UHGV virus genome: UHGV-0113858
Source: a virus
DNA length: 64,000 nucleotides
Reading direction: 5' to 3' (one strand)
A program made the position numbers and the translations under genes. The first letter of the stretch is position 1, and each line of letters opens with the position of its first letter. Shown here piece by piece: positions 55,318 to 63,909 of the stretch. The notes under the pieces were generated by a model. That model was not told where the DNA came from. It did not search any database and saw nothing but the letters and a program-made list of their open reading frames with translations.

Positions 55318-55770
55318 CGAGAAGATTCAAACCACGCCAGTTGGTTGGGTCATCGATACGTGTGTCATATTCGTTTAATTTAACACCCCAGATGGCATCA
55401 TAAGGGGAGGCTTCCACAAACTTACGCCCAGCATCTCGATGCCCAAGAGCAGCTTCGAGAACAGATCTGTTGGCCTTCATTTTCAATACAAGACCTGAAG
55501 TCACTATATCCATTCTATTTTCTTCCCAGACGCTGTTGTCGAAACCTTTTACCTGACGACCAAGAGCTTTGGCCTCATTAGGGTTATCAACCGTAGCGAT
55601 ACGGGAAGCAATTTCTTTGTCATCGAAGAGCATTGCCTTCTGGAACATCATGTAATGTTCTACAGTGAAAAACTCGTAACCACCACAACGAATAGGAATA
55701 ACTTGGCGGTAGTGATTACTGAACATATCCCGGTAAGTGAAGAAAAAGACGTATTTATCAGTTACTCGCA
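55265..55770 (-). CDS. NADAR (YbiA-like, DUF1768) domain protein; SD-supported start MRVTDKY near 55770
   Basis: YEFFTVEHYMMFQKAMLF...AIWGV NADAR signature. Confidence 0.6.
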
Positions 55771-55778
55771 TTATTCCC

Positions 55779-55973
55779 TCAATGAAATGTTTTCTTACTT
55801 GGACAAGAACCAGCGCCATCTTTTGTTACAGTCTCTGTTCGATGACCGTCGCTGTAAACGCAGACCTTAGAGCTGCCGTTGGTATATTCATCAACCAAAT
55901 CGAGAGTGTTTACAGTTGCGAATACCGGAGAAGAGAGCAGCAATGCTGCGATAAGAATTTTTGTGCGGATCAT
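55779..55973 (-). CDS. small exported protein with signal peptide (64 aa)
   Basis: MIRTKILIAALLLSSPVFA cleavable-type leader. SD AAAGGAGATACACAATG. Confidence 0.5.
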   Translation of the reverse strand: MIRTKILIAALLLSSPVFATVNTLDLVDEYTNGSSKVCVYSDGHRTETVTKDGAGSCPSKKTFH

Positions 55974-56035
55974 TGTGTATCTCCTTTTGTAAGTAGAGAC
56001 CCGATGATACTAATCACCGGGCCTTTTGTCAACCT

Positions 56036-56926
56036 TTACTTACCTGCTGGCAGATTTACGAAAGGTACTGCACCGTTGCCACCCATAATGGTCGGGGTTT
56101 TACCGTCCCACTTGTTGATCGCTTCCAGTTGCATGATTTCAGGGTTCTTACGGAGAGCATCACCACGCAGTTGGATGGATTCTGCTTCACCTTTTGCCAG
56201 AGCTACTTTAGCATCTGCCTGGCCCTGAGCTTGCAGTCGCTGGGATTCTGCTTCACCGCGAGCTGCTTCAATTTGTTTCTGAGCTTCAGCTTTAGTCTGC
56301 TGGATTTCGTTTTCACGCAGCAGCGCTTTCTGAGTCGCTTCGATCTTAGCGTTGATGGACGCAGTTACCTGAGGAGGATAACCAAGGTCATCAGTGTAAG
56401 ACAGTTTCACAATAATGATACCTACCGGATCAAGTTTCTGCTTCAGCGTCTTGGTCACTCGGTCCAGAAGCTGAGATTTACCATCACCAGCAAGTGTACC
56501 AATATCCATCGTACCAGCTTCTTTGATCAGCGCATCAGAGATGTTCTGACGGATGTTGACATCGGTAATCTCTTGGACGCCTTTACGGTAGGTCTGGAAG
56601 ATCTTGGTAACCTTGGAGCGGTCAACGTAATACTCAACACCGATCTTTGCAGTAACCGTCATAGAATCTTTGGTCTGGAAGTTAAACGGTTGTTCGTAGT
56701 TGTTCAACTGGTTAAACGTCGGGAACTGATAGATCTCTTCGTTCCAGGTTAACCAATACTTACCAACGCCCACTTCTTGCTGCTGAACGCCTTTCTCATC
56801 ACCATACAGGTCAACCTTAACACCCACATAACCCGCCGGAACAGTTGCACGTTCACAACCAGTCAGACCAATTGCACCCAGGGCGATCAGTCCAGCAAAT
56901 ACTACGCGTTTGATATTCTTAAGCAT
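56036..56926 (-). CDS. SPFH/band-7 (stomatin/prohibitin/HflK-C family) lipoprotein
   Basis: Lipobox LTGC after a signal sequence. SPFH core. C-terminal coiled coil AQKQIEAARGEAESQRLQAQGQADAKVALAKGEAES. Confidence 0.7.
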   Translation of the reverse strand: MLKNIKRVVFAGLIALGAIGLTGCERATVPAGYVGVKVDLYGDEKGVQQQEVGVGKYWLTWNEEIYQFPTFNQLNNYEQPFNFQTKDSMTVTAKIGVEYYVDRSKVTKIFQTYRKGVQEITDVNIRQNISDALIKEAGTMDIGTLAGDGKSQLLDRVTKTLKQKLDPVGIIIVKLSYTDDLGYPPQVTASINAKIEATQKALLRENEIQQTKAEAQKQIEAARGEAESQRLQAQGQADAKVALAKGEAESIQLRGDALRKNPEIMQLEAINKWDGKTPTIMGGNGAVPFVNLPAGK

Positions 56927-57083
56927 CAGTTTGTTTCTCCTCTTTGATTTTATACTCAGTCTTTACGTTTTCATCAACGTGGTCATCTACGATTTTTGCA
57001 ACATAAGATGCCGCAGACTTACCTTTGGACTTTGCCAAGTGCTGCAACTTTTCCCAAGTTGCCGCCTTCAAATTTAGCAACAT
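56919..57083 (-). CDS. small ribbon-helix-helix-like protein (about 54 aa)
   Basis: SD CTGGAGGAGATCGATAATG. Manual translation MLLNLKAATWEKLQHLAKSKGKSAASYVAKIV... Stop overlaps the SPFH ATG (ATGCTTAA). Confidence 0.4.
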   Translation of the reverse strand: MLLNLKAATWEKLQHLAKSKGKSAASYVAKIVDDHVDENVKTEYKIKEEKQTDA

Positions 57084-57283
57084 TATCGATCTCCTCCAGC
57101 GCTTGTCTTCGGAATGAAGACCTTACGCAACCAGTACCACACGACAACCGGGGCGGTGAAGACTAAGGCAAACCCGCCAATAACACTGATTGTATCTTTG
57201 GCAGAAACCAGAGTTGGGACACCAAACCCGAATACGACGCAGATGAAGACAAATAGGCCAACACCATTAAGGTAGTATTTCAT
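57083..57283 (-). CDS. small two-TM membrane protein (66 aa)
   Basis: TAATG coupling to the RHH-like ORF. Confidence 0.5.
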   Translation of the reverse strand: MKYYLNGVGLFVFICVVFGFGVPTLVSAKDTISVIGGFALVFTAPVVVWYWLRKVFIPKTSAGGDR

Positions 57284-57642
57284 TATTCAGTGTCCTCAGC
57301 TCCATCATCGGCTTCAGTCTGTGCAACATTGGGTGTTCCACGACCAAACAGAATATCTGCCTCGGTGAAGACTTCTTTTTCAGCCTCTAATGCAGCAGTT
57401 TTCTTTTCGGCTTCGAAGCGAACATCATACTCGCGCTTCACCAAACTATTGAAGAATTTTGGAGAGATATTATGCGTTTCTTTCTCCACAGAGCGAATAT
57501 CTTTGATCTGGTCTTTCAGATCAGCGATTTGACGCTGGAGATCAACCACTTCAGTTACGCTATCTTTCAGGCGTTTACGTTGAACCGGGTCAGACGGCAG
57601 AGAGGTGATCAGTTCGATTTTGATTTTTGGCATACGTGGCAT
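57283..57642 (-). CDS. coiled-coil protein (119 aa)
   Basis: Heptad-rich and charged. ATGA-coupled. Confidence 0.5.
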   Translation of the reverse strand: MPRMPKIKIELITSLPSDPVQRKRLKDSVTEVVDLQRQIADLKDQIKDIRSVEKETHNISPKFFNSLVKREYDVRFEAEKKTAALEAEKEVFTEADILFGRGTPNVAQTEADDGAEDTE

Positions 57643-57704
57643 ATATTGCTCCTTTGTTTGGTTTAGTGTGGTCAGTATAACCGTTCAGTTTTATTTGTCA
57701 AGCT

Positions 57705-57932
57705 TCAATTGTCAATGCCGACAATTTTTCCGCCCATTCTCTCGATCTGGTTGACATGAGATACCAGTGTGCCGAGTGTGCATTCATAAGCGTATTTCTT
57801 TACGCCACCCCAACGACGCTTCATCGTGAAGCGGATAACATGACGGGAAGATGCCCCGCGATTCATGATGGTCATTTTAAGGCGTTTAGCCAAGGCACCA
57901 ATTTCAGAATAATCAATATTTTCTTCCACTTC
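57705..57932 (-). CDS. hypothetical protein (about 75 aa; GTG start after AAAAGGAGA; track 57705..57989 runs through a promoter)
   Basis: Manual check. A consensus TTGACA-N17-TATAAT lies inside the track ORF's 5' part. Confidence 0.4.
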   Translation of the reverse strand, partial: EVEENIDYSEIGALAKRLKMTIMNRGASSRHVIRFTMKRRWGGVKKYAYECTLGTLVSHVNQIERMGGKIVGIDN

Positions 57933-57957
57933 GTTCTCCTTTTGTCTTGATGGGGTA

Positions 57958-57985
57958 ATTATACAGACCCCGATACGATTGTCAA
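57958..57985 (-). promoter_or_regulatory. consensus sigma70 promoter (minus) TTGACA-N17-TATAAT
   Basis: The reverse complement gives ttgaca atcgtatcggggtctg tataat. Confidence 0.65.
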
Positions 57986-58653
57986 ACAATAATGTTTGGT
58001 TTTTTGAAAGTCCCTGGCTTCATGATTTTACCGCCTTTGTCGAAGAATACTACGCGGTCTTCCTGGCCCAAAACACCTTTAACAATACTGAAGTGAACAC
58101 CTTCATAACGACCCTTGTTACGCTCCTCAATACAAGCACATTCTGCCTCAAGTGCCTCTACCAAGTCAAGATCTTTATGCAAAGACCGGACTTCGATCAC
58201 AGTTGGGTATTTAGAATCGTTAGACTCAAGAACGCTACTCATGTTCTTATCCAATTGCATATCAAGACTAAACAGAAGAGCCGTGCTCAGTTTGAGCATT
58301 TCTTCATAATCTTCATTCGCAAAAGCATCAAAAGCTTTACCAGGAGAAAACTTAAGATCAGGATTATAGGTTAAGGATAGCGAATAGTTATTACTCATAC
58401 TCAACCAATAAGCATACGACGCCACAACAAACAAGTCACACGCTCCATCAACAACTTCCTTACGGTCATTTTCGATTAATGCTGTAACGGTTTCTTGTAA
58501 CTCCTCTCCTACAAACTCCCACTGCTTTTCCAATGGGGTAAATTCACCCTTTGCAGAGGCTGCGATAGAATTCCAATCTACAACATGTTTCGCATACTTA
58601 ACAAGAGAGGTTGGGCGCAGCATAGCATTCAGAGTATCATAAGCTTCTTTCAT
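57982..58653 (-). CDS. MazG-like nucleoside triphosphate pyrophosphohydrolase
   Basis: WEFVGEELQETVTAL gives the EExxE block. Confidence 0.45.
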   Translation of the reverse strand: MKEAYDTLNAMLRPTSLVKYAKHVVDWNSIAASAKGEFTPLEKQWEFVGEELQETVTALIENDRKEVVDGACDLFVVASYAYWLSMSNNYSLSLTYNPDLKFSPGKAFDAFANEDYEEMLKLSTALLFSLDMQLDKNMSSVLESNDSKYPTVIEVRSLHKDLDLVEALEAECACIEERNKGRYEGVHFSIVKGVLGQEDRVVFFDKGGKIMKPGTFKKPNIIV

Positions 58654-58661
58654 TAAGTCTC

Positions 58662-58940
58662 CTAAATTGTTTTTTCAAAAACACCATCGATGGCGTATTT
58701 AATTTTTTCCCAAGTTTCTTTGTCGAAACCTACCATACCACGCTGCTCATAGCCTTGGCGAGAACGGTTGTCATAATGAGCTAACTCATTATAAGAAAGA
58801 TTAACTGAACCGGGTAGGTCAGGATCTGGACGAATTGACCATCTATAGTTGTCGTTCATCGCAGAATCGTAGATATGCGCTTCAAAATCTACAGTATTTT
58901 CTTTAATTTGATGCATCACTATCTCCTTGCGGTTGATCAC
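58662..58940 (-). CDS. hypothetical protein (92 aa)
   Basis: ORF-track entry. Confidence 0.45.
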   Translation of the reverse strand: MINRKEIVMHQIKENTVDFEAHIYDSAMNDNYRWSIRPDPDLPGSVNLSYNELAHYDNRSRQGYEQRGMVGFDKETWEKIKYAIDGVFEKTI

Positions 58941-59253
58941 GACTGATACCTAAAGGTAGCCATGCCCCTGTCTTGCTTTTATACAGGCAGGTTGATTTGT
59001 ACCATGAATAACTGGTCTCTGTATTCGCGGCCCAGCCGTCGAACTGACAAGTCATAGTATGCCATAATGGGACAGTAAGGGCCAGCGTAACAAGGCCCAT
59101 AACAAATACCCAGATGATCAGCAGACGTTTAACCTTTCCAGCAACCCAGTCAAAGAAATCATCCAGCTTATCTTTTCGGAATCTGTAAGCGGCATAAATG
59201 CCGCCTCCTGTTACAAATGATGCGCCTAGTAGCGCTAGCCAATACCAGATCAT
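58903..59253 (-). CDS. membrane protein (116 aa)
   Basis: Two to three TM helices. Confidence 0.45.
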   Translation of the reverse strand: MIWYWLALLGASFVTGGGIYAAYRFRKDKLDDFFDWVAGKVKRLLIIWVFVMGLVTLALTVPLWHTMTCQFDGWAANTETSYSWYKSTCLYKSKTGAWLPLGISRDQPQGDSDASN

Positions 59254-59254
59254 T

Positions 59255-59734
59255 TTACTGTGCCTTTGTTACGATAATTTGAGTATCAGGGCGCACAGGG
59301 ATTTGGGAACCATCACCGAGAGTCAGGATAACATCCTCCCCCATCGCACCAGTATTCGTTACGGTATAAACCTTTCCGCAAAACATGATCTCATCACCCT
59401 TACGGATTGCTTTAGCTGGGTAGTTCCCAGGTTCCCGATCAGTGTCTTCCAGCGGGTCATATGTTGCATGGAAAATTTCTGATTTGCAAGGATAGAATTC
59501 TCCAGCCACCCCTTTAATTACATAATCCCCAGCAGAGGCTACAACCACACCCTCTGGGGTTTTTATCTCTACAGTACGACCACAATCACGCGTGTGGATT
59601 TCGGAATCCTTCCACACACCAGTTTCCATCCAATTATGGATCTGCCCTGCGCTGGTTGACGACCCGTCAAACTTATGTGCTTCAACCTCTACAGGTTTTT
59701 TACGATAAAATCCCATTAGTATACAGGCTCCCAT
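59255..59734 (-). CDS. hypothetical protein (159 aa)
   Basis: ORF-track entry. Confidence 0.5.
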   Translation of the reverse strand: MGACILMGFYRKKPVEVEAHKFDGSSTSAGQIHNWMETGVWKDSEIHTRDCGRTVEIKTPEGVVVASAGDYVIKGVAGEFYPCKSEIFHATYDPLEDTDREPGNYPAKAIRKGDEIMFCGKVYTVTNTGAMGEDVILTLGDGSQIPVRPDTQIIVTKAQ

Positions 59735-61020
59735 GTTAATGTATCGAGTTCACGAACGCTTTGGCCCACAGGGAACTGAGGAACACCATCATCAGTTCTA
59801 GCCTGGAACGTGAAGTTAATAAACTTATCCACCAGCAGGAGCATTCTTTCCTGAGATCGCTCTGCGTGGGTTCCCTTCATTTTACAGTTGAAACGTGTAC
59901 CATCTTTCTCTTCACAAAGAAGGACACCCTCACCGTTCTTATCTTCCACAGAATCAAGGACTTTAGCCTCACCATCTTGGAACAATTTCCATTTTAGAAG
60001 GTCTGATGAACGCTGTCCAAATTCATACAGGCCTTTGTAGTTTCGAATGATAATACCCTCGAAACCACTCTGCATGTAATGTCCAATAAAACTCTTGACC
60101 AGAAGCTCGTTGTTCACAAACTCGCCAGTAAGAGTTTTTACCAGGGGGATGTCCAGTTCACACTCAACAGCTTCCTGCACAGTGTACAGATCTGCAAGGC
60201 GACACTGTTCTGGTTCATCTGGATCGTGCCACGGGCGTCCTGCGTTTACAGGGATATCGAAGATATGATATTCAAGATCAAGGCTTGAATAACCACCATA
60301 ACGATCAACATCTTTAACGGGTTCAATTGCGACGGAATAAACCTCACCATCATGATCTTTCCAGCTTTCTTCTCCGTTGTCAACAGCTTTCTGATGACGC
60401 TTCAGGTCTGACTGATAATCCTTTTCAATCTCTTCTTGAATCTGCTCTGGTGTACGCCACTTCTTAGCAAGAGCGACAATCTTTTGCAGACTCAGGCCAT
60501 GAATGTACAGCTCCCCATCGAATTTGTCAAACCCTGAATGCTCAGAAAGGGATTTAACCTGTTCAGACAACTCAGAATCAAGCGGTACAGGATACAGTTT
60601 GTTACCACGGCTATTGAATTGTGGGAAGCCATCTGCATCAAGAGTAACCAGAGCACGTACACCATCGAGCTTTGGCTGCACGTATGCAGGATAAACTATT
60701 GATTTTGAACGTTTAGTTGCATCATGGGCCAGCATTGGGGAGAAGTTCTCTTCCTGCTCAAGCTTGCTTGTATCGTCACGATATCCAAGGCGAACCTGTT
60801 TCTCCCATTTGGAAACCGCCTCAGCCAATGCCTGCTGTTCTGCGGTGGTTTCGTTAGAACGTCCAACGTTCTTCGGTTCACAGGTGGTAACCTTTTGTTG
60901 CTTCTTACCACCAACCTTGCCAAACTCTACAACTACCTGATTACCAGAAATAAACACCTTCCAACACTGGAAAGAACCATCTTTATTAAGGGCGTACAGT
61001 GTACTGTTTACTTGTTGCAT
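59716..61020 (-). CDS. ATP-dependent DNA ligase
   Basis: Motif I YVQPKLDGVRAL (KxDGxR). 434 aa. Confidence 0.75.
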   Translation of the reverse strand: MQQVNSTLYALNKDGSFQCWKVFISGNQVVVEFGKVGGKKQQKVTTCEPKNVGRSNETTAEQQALAEAVSKWEKQVRLGYRDDTSKLEQEENFSPMLAHDATKRSKSIVYPAYVQPKLDGVRALVTLDADGFPQFNSRGNKLYPVPLDSELSEQVKSLSEHSGFDKFDGELYIHGLSLQKIVALAKKWRTPEQIQEEIEKDYQSDLKRHQKAVDNGEESWKDHDGEVYSVAIEPVKDVDRYGGYSSLDLEYHIFDIPVNAGRPWHDPDEPEQCRLADLYTVQEAVECELDIPLVKTLTGEFVNNELLVKSFIGHYMQSGFEGIIIRNYKGLYEFGQRSSDLLKWKLFQDGEAKVLDSVEDKNGEGVLLCEEKDGTRFNCKMKGTHAERSQERMLLLVDKFINFTFQARTDDGVPQFPVGQSVRELDTLTWEPVY

Positions 61021-61796
61021 TATTTCTCCTTGCTTTGCAATGGTGTCTTACCTTCAAGGTGATTCTCAACTATCTTGATAAGGCCGGGATTATTAAAGGC
61101 ATCAACAGCTCCGGTACGATATACAAGAACACCCGCATTCTCATACATCATTTGTTCATCATACCTAATAGCAGGATTAACAACAACAACTTTTGTCCCC
61201 CGCATAACCGCAGGGAACAACTCCCAGTTGAAGTTAATAACTGTATTTGAACAGCCTACAACAATTACAAGATCCTGATTTGTCAATGACTCCAAGGTAT
61301 CATTCATAGGGCCATAGGCCGGAGCATTCTCACCAAAGAAAACTACGTTTGGTTTACACCAATGAAATTGGTCGGGGTCTACCTCATCGTAACCGATGTC
61401 AACCAACTGCTCTTCAGAATCTTCATGGAGCTTGTATCGAATTTCTTTCAGATACCCGTGGATGTAAAGAGTATCTTCTTTAGGGACACCCGCACGTTCC
61501 AGAAGGTCATCAACGTTAGTTGTCATGTTAACAACCTGCCCAGGATAACGTCTGTACCACTCAGCCACGCGAAGATGCGCCGCATTCGGATGTACCGTTG
61601 GTAACTCTGCACGACGCTTGTTATAAAACATGTGCGTTTTATGGTAGAAGTTACCACGGAAGGCGTGTATGTTACAAACCTCCTCAAGGTCGTATTCATC
61701 CCACAGGGCTTTACCAGATTCAGTATCTGTGCGGAATGTACGTACACCACTCTCCGCAGAGAAGCCAGCACCACTTATAACGATAAGACGTCTCAT
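61020..61796 (-). CDS. Sir2-family NAD-dependent deacylase/ADP-ribosyltransferase homologue
   Basis: ISGAGFSAESGVRTFR matches GAGIS..SGIPTFR. VVVGCSNTV C-terminal Rossmann strand. Confidence 0.7.
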   Translation of the reverse strand: MRRLIVISGAGFSAESGVRTFRTDTESGKALWDEYDLEEVCNIHAFRGNFYHKTHMFYNKRRAELPTVHPNAAHLRVAEWYRRYPGQVVNMTTNVDDLLERAGVPKEDTLYIHGYLKEIRYKLHEDSEEQLVDIGYDEVDPDQFHWCKPNVVFFGENAPAYGPMNDTLESLTNQDLVIVVGCSNTVINFNWELFPAVMRGTKVVVVNPAIRYDEQMMYENAGVLVYRTGAVDAFNNPGLIKIVENHLEGKTPLQSKEK

Positions 61797-62017
61797 GGAT
61801 TTTCCCCTATAACATTATTTATCTCATTCATAGCCTCATTATAACCATTGCACCGCTCGGTAATACCTTTCATATAACGAATTTTATTAAGAACTCGTAA
61901 ATTTGAAAACTTCCAGGCTTCCCATGCAGCAGATTTTGCTTCTGGTGTTGACCAAGGATCGCTAAGAGAGTCCCACCAATTTTCGAACGATTCCCGTAGG
62001 TTATTTCCTTTATACAT
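61793..62017 (-). CDS. hypothetical protein (74 aa)
   Basis: ORF-track entry. Confidence 0.45.
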   Translation of the reverse strand: MYKGNNLRESFENWWDSLSDPWSTPEAKSAAWEAWKFSNLRVLNKIRYMKGITERCNGYNEAMNEINNVIGENP

Positions 62018-62025
62018 ATCTTTCC

Positions 62026-62430
62026 TTACTGTAATTTCAATGAGTTACGCAGACGAAGCTCTTGAGCATCACGAGTTTCCTGCGGAACATTGTGAATAGA
62101 ATCATTACCATGCCTATTCTCGACCACCAAGCTAATAACTTGGTATCCGTGCTCATCAGCAAGGGCAATGTAGGGTTTTAGTTCCTTCTCTGTTGTCGAA
62201 GTGTTGGATACGATAATTTTTGCAATACGGCACACCATAGCCTCACGTACCTGTTCTTGACACCACTTATGAGCAACAGCCATGTTTTCAGGCTTCCAGT
62301 CGTAAACCCCGTCCCGATAATGGTATTTATCGGCCTCAAATACAGGCCATGCTTTACCAGCGATTGTTTCAGCAACTGTAGACTTACCAGCACCAGACAC
62401 GCCGCGTAAGATAATCAGAATCTTTTCCAT
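62026..62430 (-). CDS. polynucleotide 5'-kinase domain (T4 Pnk kinase-like P-loop; no phosphatase domain)
   Basis: ILRGVSGAGKST P-loop. EADKYHYRD and IVSNTSTTEKE parallel T4 Pnk RDDYRQ and ISDTNLNPERR. Confidence 0.55.
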   Translation of the reverse strand: MEKILIILRGVSGAGKSTVAETIAGKAWPVFEADKYHYRDGVYDWKPENMAVAHKWCQEQVREAMVCRIAKIIVSNTSTTEKELKPYIALADEHGYQVISLVVENRHGNDSIHNVPQETRDAQELRLRNSLKLQ

Positions 62431-62439
62431 CTCTTCTCC

Positions 62440-62784
62440 TCAGTAATTGTTTCTTAAGATCGTAATACGATACTTCGAGAAGCTCTCTTTTGCAAGCATG
62501 AACTTTTGTGCCGCAGAAGGGTTAGACGTATGGACATAGAGTTTAGCATCATGCACAGGAAGTTTTCCATACACAAGCTTCTCTTCCAAGGCCAACAGGC
62601 AGTCATAGCCCTCCATTTCTGACCCTTCCCCAAGGTCATTATCGAAATGCCACTCTGTGACATAACGATAGAACTTTGACCTGTTGTCCAGAAAGTCCAT
62701 AAATTTCTGAGAGGTCTTGAACCACAAGGCATCAGGATACCCGTAGTCTTTTGGATCTCTCAGGTCATCAAGCCAGATAATCAT
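62440..62784 (-). CDS. hypothetical protein (114 aa)
   Basis: ORF-track entry. Confidence 0.45.
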   Translation of the reverse strand: MIIWLDDLRDPKDYGYPDALWFKTSQKFMDFLDNRSKFYRYVTEWHFDNDLGEGSEMEGYDCLLALEEKLVYGKLPVHDAKLYVHTSNPSAAQKFMLAKESFSKYRITILRNNY

Positions 62785-63743
62785 TTTGGAACCCCAACAT
62801 AAAAACGACTACCACGATCAAACATGTCTTCGATAGCGAAGTAATCTTCAACAACCTGACGTCGTTTTTGAGAATCCATCGCGGACCAAACATCTTTAGA
62901 GTAATACTCACGAATATGGTCTAGCAACTCGTAATACTCTTCGTCAATACGCTTCTTGGCCTCTTTCGGGTTATCCCAGATCATATCCCACTTGTTATCA
63001 CCTCCACGCATCAGGAATTTCTTCGCCAGGTAATGTGGGGACTTGATTTTCAAAAGTAGTTCGCTATTTTCGTCATCTGTCCCGATATTTCGGACAACAA
63101 AACCTTCGTGGCTAACAGCATGACTGGCTGCAACGACATCGCCAAATGCACGGACATCCCATTGAGGACGTTTTGCACCGATCACTTCAGCGATGCGATC
63201 AAGTTTGTGCTCTTCAACCATAACACCGTTTAAAGCGAGGTCACGGACACCAATCAGATAAGCACCTTCTTTCTCTTCCACAATATGTGGGTCGCTGCTA
63301 TCGCATATTTCGAAAATGAAAGTGTAATCTTCACGGAAAGAAATCAGATCAAAATTCATTTTTTCGAGGTACTTACGAGCCAATTCTGAAAACTCAGAAT
63401 CCAATGTCCCTGTTGTTGAAACGAGAAGCTTGTCTTTGTGTATTGCCGCTGTAGCCATAAAACCATTGACCTTGCGGGAACAAATAACCGGTTTGTCAAG
63501 AGGAAGGTCAGTTCCATTCTCGAAGCGGTTGAAAATCTTAGTGAAAGGCCAGATAATCACGTTGTCTTCTGAATCAACAACCATGCCACGGCACTCAAGC
63601 AGGCGTGGATCAGTATGCCACAGGTTATCCCAGAACACATTGTTCTTATACTTCAGCACAGACAGACCTGCGAACGGGCCTTCGGTGTAAGTCTTTTTGG
63701 TTACCAGTTTTTTAGCGACCAAATCGTCTACGTTGAATTTCAT
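62781..63743 (-). CDS. RNA ligase (Rnl1/Rnl2-like covalent nucleotidyltransferase)
   Basis: Motif I SRKVNGFMA (KxNG), motif IV EGFVVRN, motif V LLKIKSPHY. Confidence 0.55.
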   Translation of the reverse strand: MKFNVDDLVAKKLVTKKTYTEGPFAGLSVLKYKNNVFWDNLWHTDPRLLECRGMVVDSEDNVIIWPFTKIFNRFENGTDLPLDKPVICSRKVNGFMATAAIHKDKLLVSTTGTLDSEFSELARKYLEKMNFDLISFREDYTFIFEICDSSDPHIVEEKEGAYLIGVRDLALNGVMVEEHKLDRIAEVIGAKRPQWDVRAFGDVVAASHAVSHEGFVVRNIGTDDENSELLLKIKSPHYLAKKFLMRGGDNKWDMIWDNPKEAKKRIDEEYYELLDHIREYYSKDVWSAMDSQKRRQVVEDYFAIEDMFDRGSRFYVGVPK

Positions 63744-63909
63744 GTTCTCTCCTTCGTCTGAGATTTTTCAATAGTTTGAGCACTTCTTTTTGTGCTGATT
63801 TCATTTCACTGTAGTCATCATAGATGCTCAGGTCTAGTTCGTCAACATATTCTTCAAGCTCGCTAATCAAAAAGGCCACGTTATGGATAAGATCAAGATC
63901 TTTTTTCAT
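63712..63909 (-). CDS. hypothetical protein (65 aa)
   Basis: ORF-track entry. Confidence 0.4.
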   Translation of the reverse strand: MKKDLDLIHNVAFLISELEEYVDELDLSIYDDYSEMKSAQKEVLKLLKNLRRRREHEIQRRRFGR

